A stretch of 64,000 bases of DNA from Lachnospirales bacterium. Lineage in GTDB: Bacteria > Bacillota > Clostridia > Lachnospirales > CAMZNU01. The notes below the pieces were generated by a model, which was given only the letters and a program-made list of their open reading frames with translations, had not been told where the DNA came from and ran no database searches. Below are positions 21,571 to 31,655 of the stretch, in pieces. The stretch is from the NCBI GenBank assembly GCA_047974375.1, contig JBKECF010000029.1, forward strand, positions 4,099 through 68,098, in the 5' to 3' direction. The first letter of the stretch is position 1; each line of letters starts with the position of its first letter. The position numbers and the translations under genes are program-made.

Positions 21571-22452
21571 ATGGAATTTATAAACCAGCTAATAAATGGC
21601 TTAAGTCTTGGTAGTATTTATGCCTTAGTTGCAATAGGCTATACCATGGTTTATGGAATAGTGCAATTAATAAATTTTGCCCATGGCGATATAATCATGC
21701 TAGGCTCATACATAATGCTGGGTATAATGATGGCAGTAGGTATGCCCTTTATTTTAGCACTTGTATTGTCTATGTTAATATGTGCATGTTTAGGTATGGC
21801 TATAGAAAAAATAGCTTACAAACCTTTAAGAAGTGCAGAAAGAATTACTGCTTTAATAACTGCTATAGGTGTAAGTATTTTTTTACAAAATGCTGTTATG
21901 CTAGTTGCAGGCTCAAGAAGCCAAACTTTTACAACGCCGTTATCTGGTTCTGTAGAAGTTTTTGGACAAAATATTTCAATAATTTCAATTATAACAATAG
22001 TGGCAGCTATGGTTTCCATGGTAGTCTTATCTTTATTTATTAAATATACAAAAATGGGAAAGGCGATGCGTGCTGTGTCGGAAGACCATGGCGCAGCAAC
22101 ATTAATGGGAGTAAATATAAATACAACTATATCAATTACTTTTGCTATTGGTTCTGCTTTAGCTGTAATAGCAGGTGCTTTATTTAGTTCTGCCTATCCG
22201 GTTTTATCACCAACTATGGGTTCTTTGTTTGGCTTAAAAGCCTTTGTAGCTGCTGTAATAGGTGGTATAGGCAATTTAGCAGGTGCTATGATAGGTGGTA
22301 TTTTATTAGGAGTATTAGAAAATACAGCTAAATTTATATTGCCATCTGATTATTCTGCATTATCTGATGCAATATCATTTTTAGTGCTTATTATAGTTTT
22401 ATTATTTAAGCCAAGTGGTATATTAGGTAAGCATATTAAAGAGAAGGTGTAG
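21571..22452 (+). CDS. livH: Branched-chain amino acid ABC permease
   Basis: GSIYALVAIGYTMVYG..INFAHG; KAFVAAVIGGIG. Confidence 0.92.
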   Translation: MEFINQLINGLSLGSIYALVAIGYTMVYGIVQLINFAHGDIIMLGSYIMLGIMMAVGMPFILALVLSMLICACLGMAIEKIAYKPLRSAERITALITAIGVSIFLQNAVMLVAGSRSQTFTTPLSGSVEVFGQNISIISIITIVAAMVSMVVLSLFIKYTKMGKAMRAVSEDHGAATLMGVNINTTISITFAIGSALAVIAGALFSSAYPVLSPTMGSLFGLKAFVAAVIGGIGNLAGAMIGGILLGVLENTAKFILPSDYSALSDAISFLVLIIVLLFKPSGILGKHIKEKV

Positions 22453-22459
22453 GTGGCAA

Positions 22460-23458
22460 ATGAAAATATTAAAATATAAAAAAGTATTGTTTTTCTTAGT
22501 AGCTTGTGCCGCTGTGTACTTTACCTTAATTACTTTAATGAGCACAGGCTATATAAATAACTTTTATCAAGGTTTGCTTATTACAATTTTTATAAATATT
22601 ATTTTAGTAGCAAGTTTAAATTTAACTATGGGATTTTTAGGGCAGTTGGCTCTAGGGCATGCAGGTTTTATGGCCGTAGGTGCCTATACATCAGCCTTAA
22701 TAATTGAACAATTTAGGAATATTTTTGGCGATGACATAAATTATATATTTTTCGACTTAGGTTTTTTTCAATTGCCTATACATTTAATGTGGTTTGGCAT
22801 TATTTTTGGTGGTTTAGTGGCTGTTGTTTTTGGTGTAATAATTGGAGTGCCAACATTAAGGCTTCATGGTGACTATTTAGCTATTGTTACTCTTGCCTTT
22901 AATGAAATAATAAAAAGCGTTTTAAATGTTCTACCTTTTACCGGTGGAGCTAAGGGTATGCTTGGTATACCTAAATATACAACTTTTAATGTATCTTTTA
23001 TAGCATGTGTTATATGTTTGTCTTCTATATTTTTATTAATAAAATCACGTCATGGACGAGCTATTATTTCCATAAGAGAAGATGAAATAGCAGCAGAGGC
23101 ATCGGGAATAAATACAGTGTATTATAAATTATTTGCATTTTGTTTCTCCGCCTTTTTTGCTGGAGTTGCTGGTAGTTTATATGCGCATTACTTTACATAC
23201 TTATCACCAAGTGATTTTGACTTTAATAAATCTATAGAAATAGCTATAATGACTGTTTTTGGTGGTTTATCAAATTTATATGGTTCTATTGTGTCAGCAA
23301 CTGTGCTTACAGCTTTACCACAAATCTTAATACCGCTACAAAAATGGCGTATGCTTATATATTCGGTAATATTAATTTTATTTATGGTACTACGTGCCAA
23401 TGGTACTCTAGACTTAATGAAGTTAAAGTTAAAAAGAAATAATAAAAAGGAGGTTTAA
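22460..23458 (+). CDS. livM: Branched-chain amino acid ABC permease
   Basis: GQLALGHAGFMAVGAY and LRLHGDYLAIVTL. Confidence 0.92.
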   Translation: MKILKYKKVLFFLVACAAVYFTLITLMSTGYINNFYQGLLITIFINIILVASLNLTMGFLGQLALGHAGFMAVGAYTSALIIEQFRNIFGDDINYIFFDLGFFQLPIHLMWFGIIFGGLVAVVFGVIIGVPTLRLHGDYLAIVTLAFNEIIKSVLNVLPFTGGAKGMLGIPKYTTFNVSFIACVICLSSIFLLIKSRHGRAIISIREDEIAAEASGINTVYYKLFAFCFSAFFAGVAGSLYAHYFTYLSPSDFDFNKSIEIAIMTVFGGLSNLYGSIVSATVLTALPQILIPLQKWRMLIYSVILILFMVLRANGTLDLMKLKLKRNNKKEV

Positions 23459-23459
23459 A

Positions 23460-24215
23460 ATGGCACTTTTAGAAGCGAAAAATATGGGAATAAAGTTTGG
23501 CGGACTTAGTGCTGTTTCAAATTTCGACTTTAAAATAGATAAAAATGAGCTAGTTGGATTAATTGGGCCAAATGGAGCTGGAAAAACTACAGCTTTTAAC
23601 TTAATAACAGGTGTTTATACTCCGACAGAGGGATCTATTACTTTTGAAGGTAAGGACATAGTTAAGTCTAAGGCTAGTAAAATAAATAGAATGGGTATAG
23701 CTCGTACTTTTCAAAATATACGACTTTTTAAAGACATGACGGTTATAGATAATGTAAAGGTTGGCTTTAATAGTAGTATGAAAAATAATCCATTAGAGGC
23801 TATTTTTAGGCTACCAAGGTATTGGAAGGACGAAAAAATATGTCATGAAAAATCTTTGGAAATTTTAGATGTATTTGATTTAGCGGAATATAAAGATGTG
23901 AAAAGTGATAATTTACCCTATGGTAAACAAAGAAAACTAGAAATAGCAAGAGCTTTGGCTACTAACCCTAGTTTATTACTTTTAGATGAGCCAGCGGCAG
24001 GAATGAACCCAAGCGAAACACAGGAATTAATGGAAACTATAGACATTATAAGACATAAGTTTAAGGTTGCAATACTACTTATAGAGCATGATATGAACTT
24101 AGTAATGGGTATATGTGAACGTTTGGTGGTTTTAGACCACGGACAAATAATAGGAAAAGGTACGCCAGAAGAAATTAGAAACAATGAGGAAGTTATACAC
24201 GCTTACTTAGGGTAA
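23460..24215 (+). CDS. livG: Branched-chain amino acid ABC ATPase
   Basis: GPNGAGKTT, LPYGKQRKLEIARA and LDEPAAG. Confidence 0.93.
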   Translation: MALLEAKNMGIKFGGLSAVSNFDFKIDKNELVGLIGPNGAGKTTAFNLITGVYTPTEGSITFEGKDIVKSKASKINRMGIARTFQNIRLFKDMTVIDNVKVGFNSSMKNNPLEAIFRLPRYWKDEKICHEKSLEILDVFDLAEYKDVKSDNLPYGKQRKLEIARALATNPSLLLLDEPAAGMNPSETQELMETIDIIRHKFKVAILLIEHDMNLVMGICERLVVLDHGQIIGKGTPEEIRNNEEVIHAYLG

Positions 24216-24227
24216 TAGGGAGGTTTT

Positions 24228-24932
24228 ATGTTAACAGTAAAAGATTTAAATGTATACTATGGCTCTATTCACGCAATTAAAGGTATATCTTTCAACGTAA
24301 ATAAAGGCGAAATAGTATCGTTAATAGGTGCTAATGGAGCAGGAAAAACAACTACATTACATGCGATATCTGGCTTAATACAGCCGGAAAGTGGATCGGT
24401 AGAATTTTTAGATAAAAATTTTGTAAATATAGCACCCCATAAAATTGTATATGAAAAAATGGCTCATGTGCCAGAGGGTCGTAGGATTTTTACAAGGCTT
24501 ACCGTTGAGGAAAATTTGGATCTTGGTGCTTTTTCTAAGGAAGATGAAAAAAGAATTGAGGAGAATTTTAAACGAGTGTATAAAATGTTTCCAAGGCTTA
24601 AGGAAAGACGTAATCAAATTTCTGGTACTTTAAGTGGTGGTGAACAACAAATGCTTGCCATTGGTAGAGCTTTAATGTCTGATCCGGAAATGCTTTTAAT
24701 GGATGAGCCTTCTATGGGTCTTGCGCCGCTTTTAGTTCAGGAAATATTTAAGATTGTAAAAAAATGTAACGATGAGGGCATGACGATACTTCTAGTTGAA
24801 CAGAATGCCAACTTAGCTTTACGAATATCCGATAGAGCCTATGTTTTAGAAACTGGTAAAGTGGTTTTGGAGGGTACTGGAGCAGAGTTATTGGAAAATA
24901 AGGCAGTTAAAAAAGCTTACTTAGGTGGGTAA
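24228..24932 (+). CDS. livF: Branched-chain amino acid ABC ATPase
   Basis: GANGAGKTT, LSGGEQQMLAIGRA and DEPSMGLAP. Confidence 0.93.
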   Translation: MLTVKDLNVYYGSIHAIKGISFNVNKGEIVSLIGANGAGKTTTLHAISGLIQPESGSVEFLDKNFVNIAPHKIVYEKMAHVPEGRRIFTRLTVEENLDLGAFSKEDEKRIEENFKRVYKMFPRLKERRNQISGTLSGGEQQMLAIGRALMSDPEMLLMDEPSMGLAPLLVQEIFKIVKKCNDEGMTILLVEQNANLALRISDRAYVLETGKVVLEGTGAELLENKAVKKAYLGG

Positions 24933-24943
24933 CAAAATTTAAG

Positions 24944-24991
24944 AAAAGGGCTATAGGGAAATGTATTTTATCATTTTCCTATAGCCCTTTT
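24944..24991. terminator. Bidirectional terminator between livF and rplT
   Basis: AAAAGGGCTATAGGGAAATG / CATTTTCCTATAGCCCTTTT stem. Confidence 0.78.
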
Positions 24992-25000
24992 GTGCTTATA

Positions 25001-25357
25001 TTATTTAATATTTGATTTAGCTATATCTACTAATTGAGTAAAAGCTGCGGCATCGTTAACAGCTAATTCAGATAGCATTTTTCTATTCATGTCTATGCCA
25101 GCTTGTTTTAAGCCGAACATAAATTTGCTATAAGAAAGTCCGTTTAAACGTGTAGCTGCATTTATTCTAGTAATCCAAAGTCTACGGTATTCTCTCTTAG
25201 TTTGCTTTCTACCAGCGAAAGAATGAGCCATAGCACGCATAACAGATTGCTTTGCAACTCTATATTTTCTACTTCTATCTCCTACATAGCCTCTAGCCAT
25301 TTTTAATACTTTTTTATGCTTTTTACGTGCATTCATAGCACCTTTAATTCTAGCCAT
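25001..25357 (-). CDS. rplT: 50S ribosomal protein L20
   Basis: MARIKGA..RKKHKKVLK; RRLWITRINAA. Confidence 0.98.
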   Translation of the reverse strand: MARIKGAMNARKKHKKVLKMARGYVGDRSRKYRVAKQSVMRAMAHSFAGRKQTKREYRRLWITRINAATRLNGLSYSKFMFGLKQAGIDMNRKMLSELAVNDAAAFTQLVDIAKSNIK

Positions 25358-25381
25358 TTACATTTCCTCCTATTCTTTATC

Positions 25382-25579
25382 CTATAAATAAGGTAGCATT
25401 TTTTTAGTTTGTTTCATGTTTGTCTTATCTACAATGTTTTGCTTTCTAAGACGTCTTTTTCTTTTAGGACTCTTTTTAGTAAGGATATGTTGTTTATTTG
25501 CTCTATTGTACTTTAATTTACCAGTACCTGTTTTAGTAAAACGCTTTGCAGCCGCTCTATTTGTTTTCATTTTAGGCAT
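25382..25579 (-). CDS. rpmI: 50S ribosomal protein L35
   Basis: [19 protein letters not shown]. Confidence 0.97.
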   Translation of the reverse strand: MPKMKTNRAAAKRFTKTGTGKLKYNRANKQHILTKKSPKRKRRLRKQNIVDKTNMKQTKKMLPYL

Positions 25580-25700
25580 AATGTTCCTCCTTCTGTAATT
25601 AGTACGTTAAATACCTATAACATTTATTTATGATAGCCTGTAAAAGGGAATATCTATATTTATACTAAATTTATATAACAATAAACTTAGTTATTGCAAA

Positions 25701-26213
25701 CTATTTATCGGCGTGGGGTGCCAAAAACATAGCCATACTTCTTGCTTCCATTTTTGGAGCTTTTTCTACAAAACCAAATTCCTCTACGGCAGTCGCAAAG
25801 TTAGCCAGTATTTCTCTACCAAAGTCCGTATGTCCTAGCTCACGGCCTCTAAATCTAATAGTGATTTTAACTTTATCACCGGATTTTAGAAATTTTATAG
25901 CATGCTTTACCTTTACATCAACATCGTGTTTATCGATGTTTGGTGAAAGCCTAAGCTCTTTAACTTCAATAGTTTTTTGTTTTTTGCGAGCTTCTTTTGC
26001 TTTTTTTGATTGTTCAAATTTAAATTTGCTATAATCCATAATTTTACAAACCGGTGGTTTGGCATTAGGTGATATTTTAACTAAATCTAAATTTTTGTCG
26101 TAAGCTAATTCTCTAGCTTTTGCACTAGGATATATACCTAATTGTTCGCCAGTTTCACTAATTAACCTAACTTCTTTGTCTCTTATTTGATCATTGATCA
26201 TTGAATCGGGAAT
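25701..26213 (-). CDS. infC: Translation initiation factor IF-3 (ATT start)
   Basis: INDQIRDKEVRLI, PPVCKIMDYSKF and RFRGRE. SD AGGAGG lies 9 nt before an in-frame ATT at 26213. Confidence 0.95.
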   Translation of the reverse strand: MPDSMINDQIRDKEVRLISETGEQLGIYPSAKARELAYDKNLDLVKISPNAKPPVCKIMDYSKFKFEQSKKAKEARKKQKTIEVKELRLSPNIDKHDVDVKVKHAIKFLKSGDKVKITIRFRGRELGHTDFGREILANFATAVEEFGFVEKAPKMEARSMAMFLAPHADK

Positions 26214-26265
26214 AGTAGTGCACCTCCTATAATTTTTGTAGTTTACATAACCTGGCAATGGGCAT

Positions 26266-26378
26266 AAAAAAAGATGGACACAATCCACCTGCAAAGTAAT
26301 ACAAAATAGCAAAGCTATATAAAAATGTATACCATGCACCCCATTGGTTACAGGTGAGAAGCTAAGCTTCTGCTTGAA
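26266..26378 (-). ncRNA. L20 ribosomal protein leader
   Basis: Minus strand AAGCAGAAGC..CTTCTCACCT, followed by a terminator GGTGGA..TCCATC-U7, upstream of infC-rpmI-rplT. Confidence 0.8.
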
Positions 26379-26677
26379 CATATGTATACTACCTTAAAAA
26401 AAAACTTTTGTCAAACCTTTTGTTGAAAAAAATTATGGAGCTGTCTTGAAAAAAATTGAGGGGTACAAGTTTAATATAACTCCCCAATAACTCTATATTT
26501 TAAACAGATTAAACTAAACTAGTCAAAAGAATACTAAGAATAAATAGAAAAAAAGCTGTTAATAATAATATTGACAAGCGATATTATAGTGCGAAGCTTT
26601 TAATGTAATAGGCTAGTACTTTTTATTTGGAGAAGCATGTGATACAATTGTGAAACAGGCGAACGGAGGAAATGTAT

Positions 26678-27679
26678 ATGAAAGTTAAACAAGAAGATAT
26701 TGCCAAAAGACTAGGTATATCAAGGACAACAGTAGCTAGAGCGTTAAATGCTAGTGGTAGTATAAAGGAGTCTAGGCGTAACGAGATTTTAAAAGTTGCT
26801 GAAGAAATGGGATACAAAAAAAATACCCTTGGTAGTGTTTTGGCTACAAAAAAAAATAAAGTCATATATATTTTTGTAGTGAAATCTGTAAATAAATTTT
26901 ACTTAGAAGAAATTTATAAAGGTTTTGAAGCGGTGGAACATGAATATAATTACTTGAAGTTTAAGTTTAAATATGTGGAAACAGACATTTCTACTCCTCA
27001 TTTGCAAGTTACTAAATTAAAGGAAGTTTTAAAAGATAAAGATGTGGACGGAGTAATTATAACCCCCTTAATTAAAAGTGGTATAAAGGAATTAGTGGAT
27101 AAATACTCGGAAAAGGTCAGCTTTTTAATGTTAGATTCCTATTTGTGTCACGGCGTTCCCTATATTGGCTCAGACTATTTTTTTAATGCACAAATTACAG
27201 CTAGGTTTTTGGACACGGTTCTAAGGGAAAATGAGAAGATTTTGTTTTTTAATGCGCAAGATGACAATATATCTTCCATAGAATATTATAATGGATTTAA
27301 AGATTATGTGTCTAATACAAATAAAAATATAATATTCCTTGGCGATATAACAAATAACGAAGAAGAAATATATGAGGAAATAAAACCATATATAAATAAA
27401 GAAGAATATATAGGTATTTACACTCCTAGATATATAGATTTGTTGCTAAATGTATTAACAAAAAATGGCTTCAATGAAAGTCATGTCAAGGTTGTAGCTC
27501 AAAGTAAAGGAAAGACGATGGAGGAGTATTTAACCAACAATTGCGTTATTGCAATTGTTGAAGAGATGATTGATAAAGTTGCATACAAAGCAGGTAAATG
27601 TATGATAGAAAAAATATATAATAATAAAAGTTTACTTGAAATGAAAGAACATATTAAACCACAAATAACTATTTTATAA
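26678..27679 (+). CDS. LacI-family regulator of the sialic acid locus
   Basis: HTH QEDIAKRLGISRTTVARALN plus a periplasmic-binding-like domain; directly upstream of nanA. Confidence 0.85.
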   Translation: MKVKQEDIAKRLGISRTTVARALNASGSIKESRRNEILKVAEEMGYKKNTLGSVLATKKNKVIYIFVVKSVNKFYLEEIYKGFEAVEHEYNYLKFKFKYVETDISTPHLQVTKLKEVLKDKDVDGVIITPLIKSGIKELVDKYSEKVSFLMLDSYLCHGVPYIGSDYFFNAQITARFLDTVLRENEKILFFNAQDDNISSIEYYNGFKDYVSNTNKNIIFLGDITNNEEEIYEEIKPYINKEEYIGIYTPRYIDLLLNVLTKNGFNESHVKVVAQSKGKTMEEYLTNNCVIAIVEEMIDKVAYKAGKCMIEKIYNNKSLLEMKEHIKPQITIL

Positions 27680-27691
27680 TAGATTTAATAG

Positions 27692-27731
27692 AAAAAGGTT
27701 AGCCTTATTAATTTATAGGCTAGCCTTTTTT
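27692..27731 (+). terminator. Intrinsic terminator after the LacI gene
   Basis: AAAAAGGTTAGCCT..AGGCTAGCCTTTTTT. Confidence 0.7.
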
Positions 27732-27797
27732 AATACAAAAAAATGCATAAAAAAATTGATAAATTAAGTTAAATATTAACAAAGATAATGTTTTCTC

Positions 27798-27846
27798 TTG
27801 ACAAAGAGGCGTTATGCTGAGTATGATTAAATTGTTCGCGAGAACA
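27798..27846 (+). promoter_or_regulatory. nan operon promoter with a LacI-type operator
   Basis: TTGACA (27798), 18 nt, TATGAT (27822); near-palindrome TGTTCGCGAGAACA (27833-27846) at the predicted +1. Confidence 0.55.
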
Positions 27847-27876
27847 TTTGTTATTTTACATGTGGAGGGAGAAAAT

Positions 27877-28743
27877 ATGAAAGGTATATTTAGTGCTTTA
27901 TTAACAACTTTTGACAAAGATGGGGAAATTAATGAAGCAGGTTTAAGACAACTAGTAAGACATAATATTGACAATATGAAAGTTGATGGTCTATATGTTG
28001 GTGGTTCTACTGGAGAAATTTTTTTAGTTTCATTTGAGGAAAAGAAAAAAATTTTTGAAATTGTAAAAGATGAGGCAAAAGATGCTATTAAACTGATAGC
28101 CCATGTAGGCTCCATAAATTTAACAGAGGCTAAAGAGTTGGGGAAATACGCAACGGAATTAGGCTACAACTGCTTATCTGCAGTTACACCTTTTTATTAT
28201 AAGTTTAAGTTCGAAGAAATTAAAACTTACTACAACGAGATTATTGAGTATACAGGAAATGATATGATTGTTTATTCAATTCCCGTTCTTACAGGTACAT
28301 CAATGACGATCTCGCAGTTTGAGGAACTTTTTGAGAATAAAAAAATAATTGGAATAAAATATACTTCAGGTGATATGTATACGCTAGAAAGACTAAGGAA
28401 GAAATTTCCTAATCATCTCTTATATAACGGATTTGATGAGTGTTTACTATCTGCAAGTGTTTTAAATGTAGACGGTGCCATAGGTAGTACATTTAATTTA
28501 ACTGCACCTATGGCACAAGAAATCTTATATTTGATTGCCGATGGGAATGTTAAAAAAGCTCTAGAAAAGCAATCTCTATTAAATTGCTTTATTGAAGAAA
28601 GCGTTAGTAATGATTTATATCAAACTTTAAAATATATTTTATCTATTAAAGGCATTGATGCGGGATACTGCAAAAAACCTTTTACTAAATTAAATGATAT
28701 AGGGATTGAGCGAGCTGAGGAAATAAGTAGGAAATATCTATAA
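27877..28743 (+). CDS. nanA: N-acetylneuraminate lyase
   Basis: GLYVGGSTGE, SAVTPFYYKF, GIKYTS and GAIGSTFN. Confidence 0.93.
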   Translation: MKGIFSALLTTFDKDGEINEAGLRQLVRHNIDNMKVDGLYVGGSTGEIFLVSFEEKKKIFEIVKDEAKDAIKLIAHVGSINLTEAKELGKYATELGYNCLSAVTPFYYKFKFEEIKTYYNEIIEYTGNDMIVYSIPVLTGTSMTISQFEELFENKKIIGIKYTSGDMYTLERLRKKFPNHLLYNGFDECLLSASVLNVDGAIGSTFNLTAPMAQEILYLIADGNVKKALEKQSLLNCFIEESVSNDLYQTLKYILSIKGIDAGYCKKPFTKLNDIGIERAEEISRKYL

Positions 28744-28756
28744 GAAGGAGGATATT

Positions 28757-29824
28757 ATGAAAAAAATATTAGCGAGTGTGTTGGGAGTAATTTTTATATT
28801 TACATCTTGTGGGGGTGGACAAGGAAAAGACTACAAAACCGAAAATGAAAATAAAACAATAGCCACAGAAGATTCAAAAGCCGAATCTGACAGTCAGGCT
28901 GAACCTATAGAAACAATTACATTAGAATTTGGTATGACTTCAGGGGTGCAATCTAATGAATATAAGGCTGTAGAATTTTTAAAAGAAATATTAGGTGAAA
29001 AAAGTAATGGGGCGTTGGAACTTAATATATTCCCAGATGCCCAACTGGGCGATGATAGAGCCATGATTGATCAATGTATAGCTGGACAGCTAGATATAAC
29101 ATTAGGAGAAACGGGGCGTTTAGGACTATGGCTTAAAGAGGCGGAACTTTTTCAATTGCCATATGTGTTTGATGATTATGAAGACTTAAGAACTTCACTT
29201 TTTGAAACGGAAGAAGGAAAGACTCTCATACAAAAATTTGAAGACGAGCTTAATATTATTTTTGTGGACACAGCATATAATGGAACAAGACAAACTTCTT
29301 CAAATTTTCCAATTAATTCCATAGAGGACATGAAAGGAATGAAACTAAGAGTACCAAATGCTCAAGCTAACTTAGAATTTGCTACAAATATAGGGGCTTC
29401 TCCAACACCTATGGCATTTTCAGAAGTATATTTGGCTTTGCAAACAAACGCAGTTGATGGTCAGGAAAATCCGTTATCTGCTATTAAGTCTTCTAAATTT
29501 TATGAAGTACAAAGTCATATAGCTTTAACAAACCATATTTTGAATGACCAAGGTTATTTAGTATCTAAAGCAACTTTTGATACATTAACACCAGAATTAC
29601 AAAATATATTAATGGAATCTATAAAAGAGGCGGTAGAATATCATACAGAGCTTTTTGTAGAAGATGAAAAAGGTTTAATTGACTTTTTTGAAGGTGAAGG
29701 AGTAACAATAACTAAACCAAATATGTCGAAGGCTAGAGCTATGATGCAACCAAGTTATGATAGATACTTAAGTGAAAGTGGCGATGCAGGGAAAGCACTT
29801 TATGACGCGATTATAGGTAATTAG
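28757..29824 (+). CDS. siaP: Sialic acid TRAP substrate-binding lipoprotein
   Basis: Lipobox FTSC; AYNGTRQTSSN, LRVP and FSEVYLALQTNAVDGQENP; nan gene context. Confidence 0.88.
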   Translation: MKKILASVLGVIFIFTSCGGGQGKDYKTENENKTIATEDSKAESDSQAEPIETITLEFGMTSGVQSNEYKAVEFLKEILGEKSNGALELNIFPDAQLGDDRAMIDQCIAGQLDITLGETGRLGLWLKEAELFQLPYVFDDYEDLRTSLFETEEGKTLIQKFEDELNIIFVDTAYNGTRQTSSNFPINSIEDMKGMKLRVPNAQANLEFATNIGASPTPMAFSEVYLALQTNAVDGQENPLSAIKSSKFYEVQSHIALTNHILNDQGYLVSKATFDTLTPELQNILMESIKEAVEYHTELFVEDEKGLIDFFEGEGVTITKPNMSKARAMMQPSYDRYLSESGDAGKALYDAIIGN

Positions 29825-29836
29825 ACAGGTGGTTTT

Positions 29837-30292
29837 ATGAGAAAAATTATTGATAATTTTGAGGAATACATAGCGGCTTTATTATTTGCGACTATGTTCA
29901 TTGTACTTATTTTACAGATAATATTTAGGCAAATAATAGAGGTACCATTAATATGGTCAGAAGAACTTTCTACATTTTTGTTTGTTTATGTAGGTATGCT
30001 TGGTATTGTAATAGGTGTGAAACATACACAGCATGTAGCTATAGATATAATATACTCAAGGTTTTTGGGAGGAGCTAAAAAAGTTGTAGATGTACTTTTA
30101 AGTGTAGTTGTTATTATAACATTAGTTACATTAACATATATAGGAATAGTTGTTACAAAAAATAAAGCTTCTCTTGAAATATTAACATTAGGCATATCTT
30201 CGGCTTTTATGTACATGGCTCTACCTATAGGAACAACATTAATGCTTATACGGTTTATAGAAAATATAGTAAAAGGAAAAAAATTATTTTAG
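29837..30292 (+). CDS. siaQ: TRAP small permease
   Basis: WSEELS motif and 4 predicted TM segments. Confidence 0.85.
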   Translation: MRKIIDNFEEYIAALLFATMFIVLILQIIFRQIIEVPLIWSEELSTFLFVYVGMLGIVIGVKHTQHVAIDIIYSRFLGGAKKVVDVLLSVVVIITLVTLTYIGIVVTKNKASLEILTLGISSAFMYMALPIGTTLMLIRFIENIVKGKKLF

Positions 30293-30313
30293 AAAGGTTT
30301 AGGGGGTGAAGTA

Positions 30314-31594
30314 TTGGAAGTATCATTTATGTTTTTGGTATGGATAGGATTTTTAGCAATAGGATTACCTGTAGGTTATGCCTTGTTGTTTTCTCCACTG
30401 GTGTATTATTTGATTTCTGGAAACTGGTCAACAGTCATGTATACAGGTGCTTCATTAGTGGATTCTTTAAATTCATTTAGTTTGCTAGCGGTTCCATTTT
30501 TTATATTAACAGGAATATTAATGAATAGCTCAGGTATAACAGATAGAATATTTAATTTCGCTAAAGCTATGGTTGGTCATTTTACAGGAGGACTTGCCTA
30601 TGTAAATATATTAGCTAGCTTGTTATTTTCAGGCATGTCTGGTTCTGCTCTTGCTGACGCAGGTGGCCTTGGACAATTGGAAATAAAATCCATGAGAGAT
30701 GAAGGCTATGCAGATGACTATTGTGGAGGTGTAACGGCAGCTTCATGTATTATAGGACCTTTGGTGCCACCTAGTATACCCCTTGTTATTTATGGTGTAG
30801 TGGCTAATGAATCAATTTCAAAATTATTTTTAGCGGGTTTTATACCAGGGGTGTTAACGGCTGGAGTGCTTATGATTACTTCTTATTTTATAGCTAAAAA
30901 AAGGGGATATCACGGGTCGGAAAAAGCAACGTCAAAATTAAAGTTTGAAACCTTTAAACAATCTTTTTTTGCATTACTAACACCTATAATAATTATAGCA
31001 GGAATATTTTCGGGGAAGTTTACACCAACAGAAGCTTCGGTTATTGCAACTTTATATTCTCTTTTTTTAGGTTTTTTTGTATACAAAGAGTTGACGGTGC
31101 CAAAATTAATTCAAAATTTAATTGAAGCAGTAAAAATTTCTGGTGTTACAGCTCTAATGATTATAGGTGTTGGTATATTTGGTCAAGTAATAGCTAGGGA
31201 GCAAACAGCAATTCACGTTGCAAACTTTTTTGTAAGTATTGCTGATTCAAGACTAATGATTTTACTAATGATTAATATTACATTATTATTTTTAGGAATG
31301 TTTGTAGACGCTCTACCGTTACAAATTTTAGTAGTGCCTATATTTGTACCAGTTGTACAAAGTTTTGGAATAGATACCGTTTATTTTGGAATTATGGTAA
31401 TATTCAATTTAATGATAGGTATTTTAACTCCGCCTATGGGTACAGCGCTTTTTGTTGTATCAAGGGTAGGGAATATACCATCAACAACTATAATAAAAGG
31501 AATATTACCTTTTATGTTACCTTTAATATTTATGCTAATAATGTTAACGTTATTTCCTCAAATAGCTTTGTTTTTACCGTCTTTGTTAGGATAG
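30314..31594 (+). CDS. siaM: TRAP large permease
   Basis: [21 protein letters not shown] and LTPPMG. Confidence 0.9.
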   Translation: MEVSFMFLVWIGFLAIGLPVGYALLFSPLVYYLISGNWSTVMYTGASLVDSLNSFSLLAVPFFILTGILMNSSGITDRIFNFAKAMVGHFTGGLAYVNILASLLFSGMSGSALADAGGLGQLEIKSMRDEGYADDYCGGVTAASCIIGPLVPPSIPLVIYGVVANESISKLFLAGFIPGVLTAGVLMITSYFIAKKRGYHGSEKATSKLKFETFKQSFFALLTPIIIIAGIFSGKFTPTEASVIATLYSLFLGFFVYKELTVPKLIQNLIEAVKISGVTALMIIGVGIFGQVIAREQTAIHVANFFVSIADSRLMILLMINITLLFLGMFVDALPLQILVVPIFVPVVQSFGIDTVYFGIMVIFNLMIGILTPPMGTALFVVSRVGNIPSTTIIKGILPFMLPLIFMLIMLTLFPQIALFLPSLLG

Positions 31595-31655
31595 GAAGGA
31601 ACCTTAAGTTCGTTTATATCGAACTTAAGGTTCCTTGTATAGAAAGTAGGTTATT

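Noticed and set aside
26438-26510. GAGCTGTCTTGAAA matching the end of the dispersed repeat
   Set aside because: Only about 12 bp match and the following sequence does not align; at most a very degraded end.
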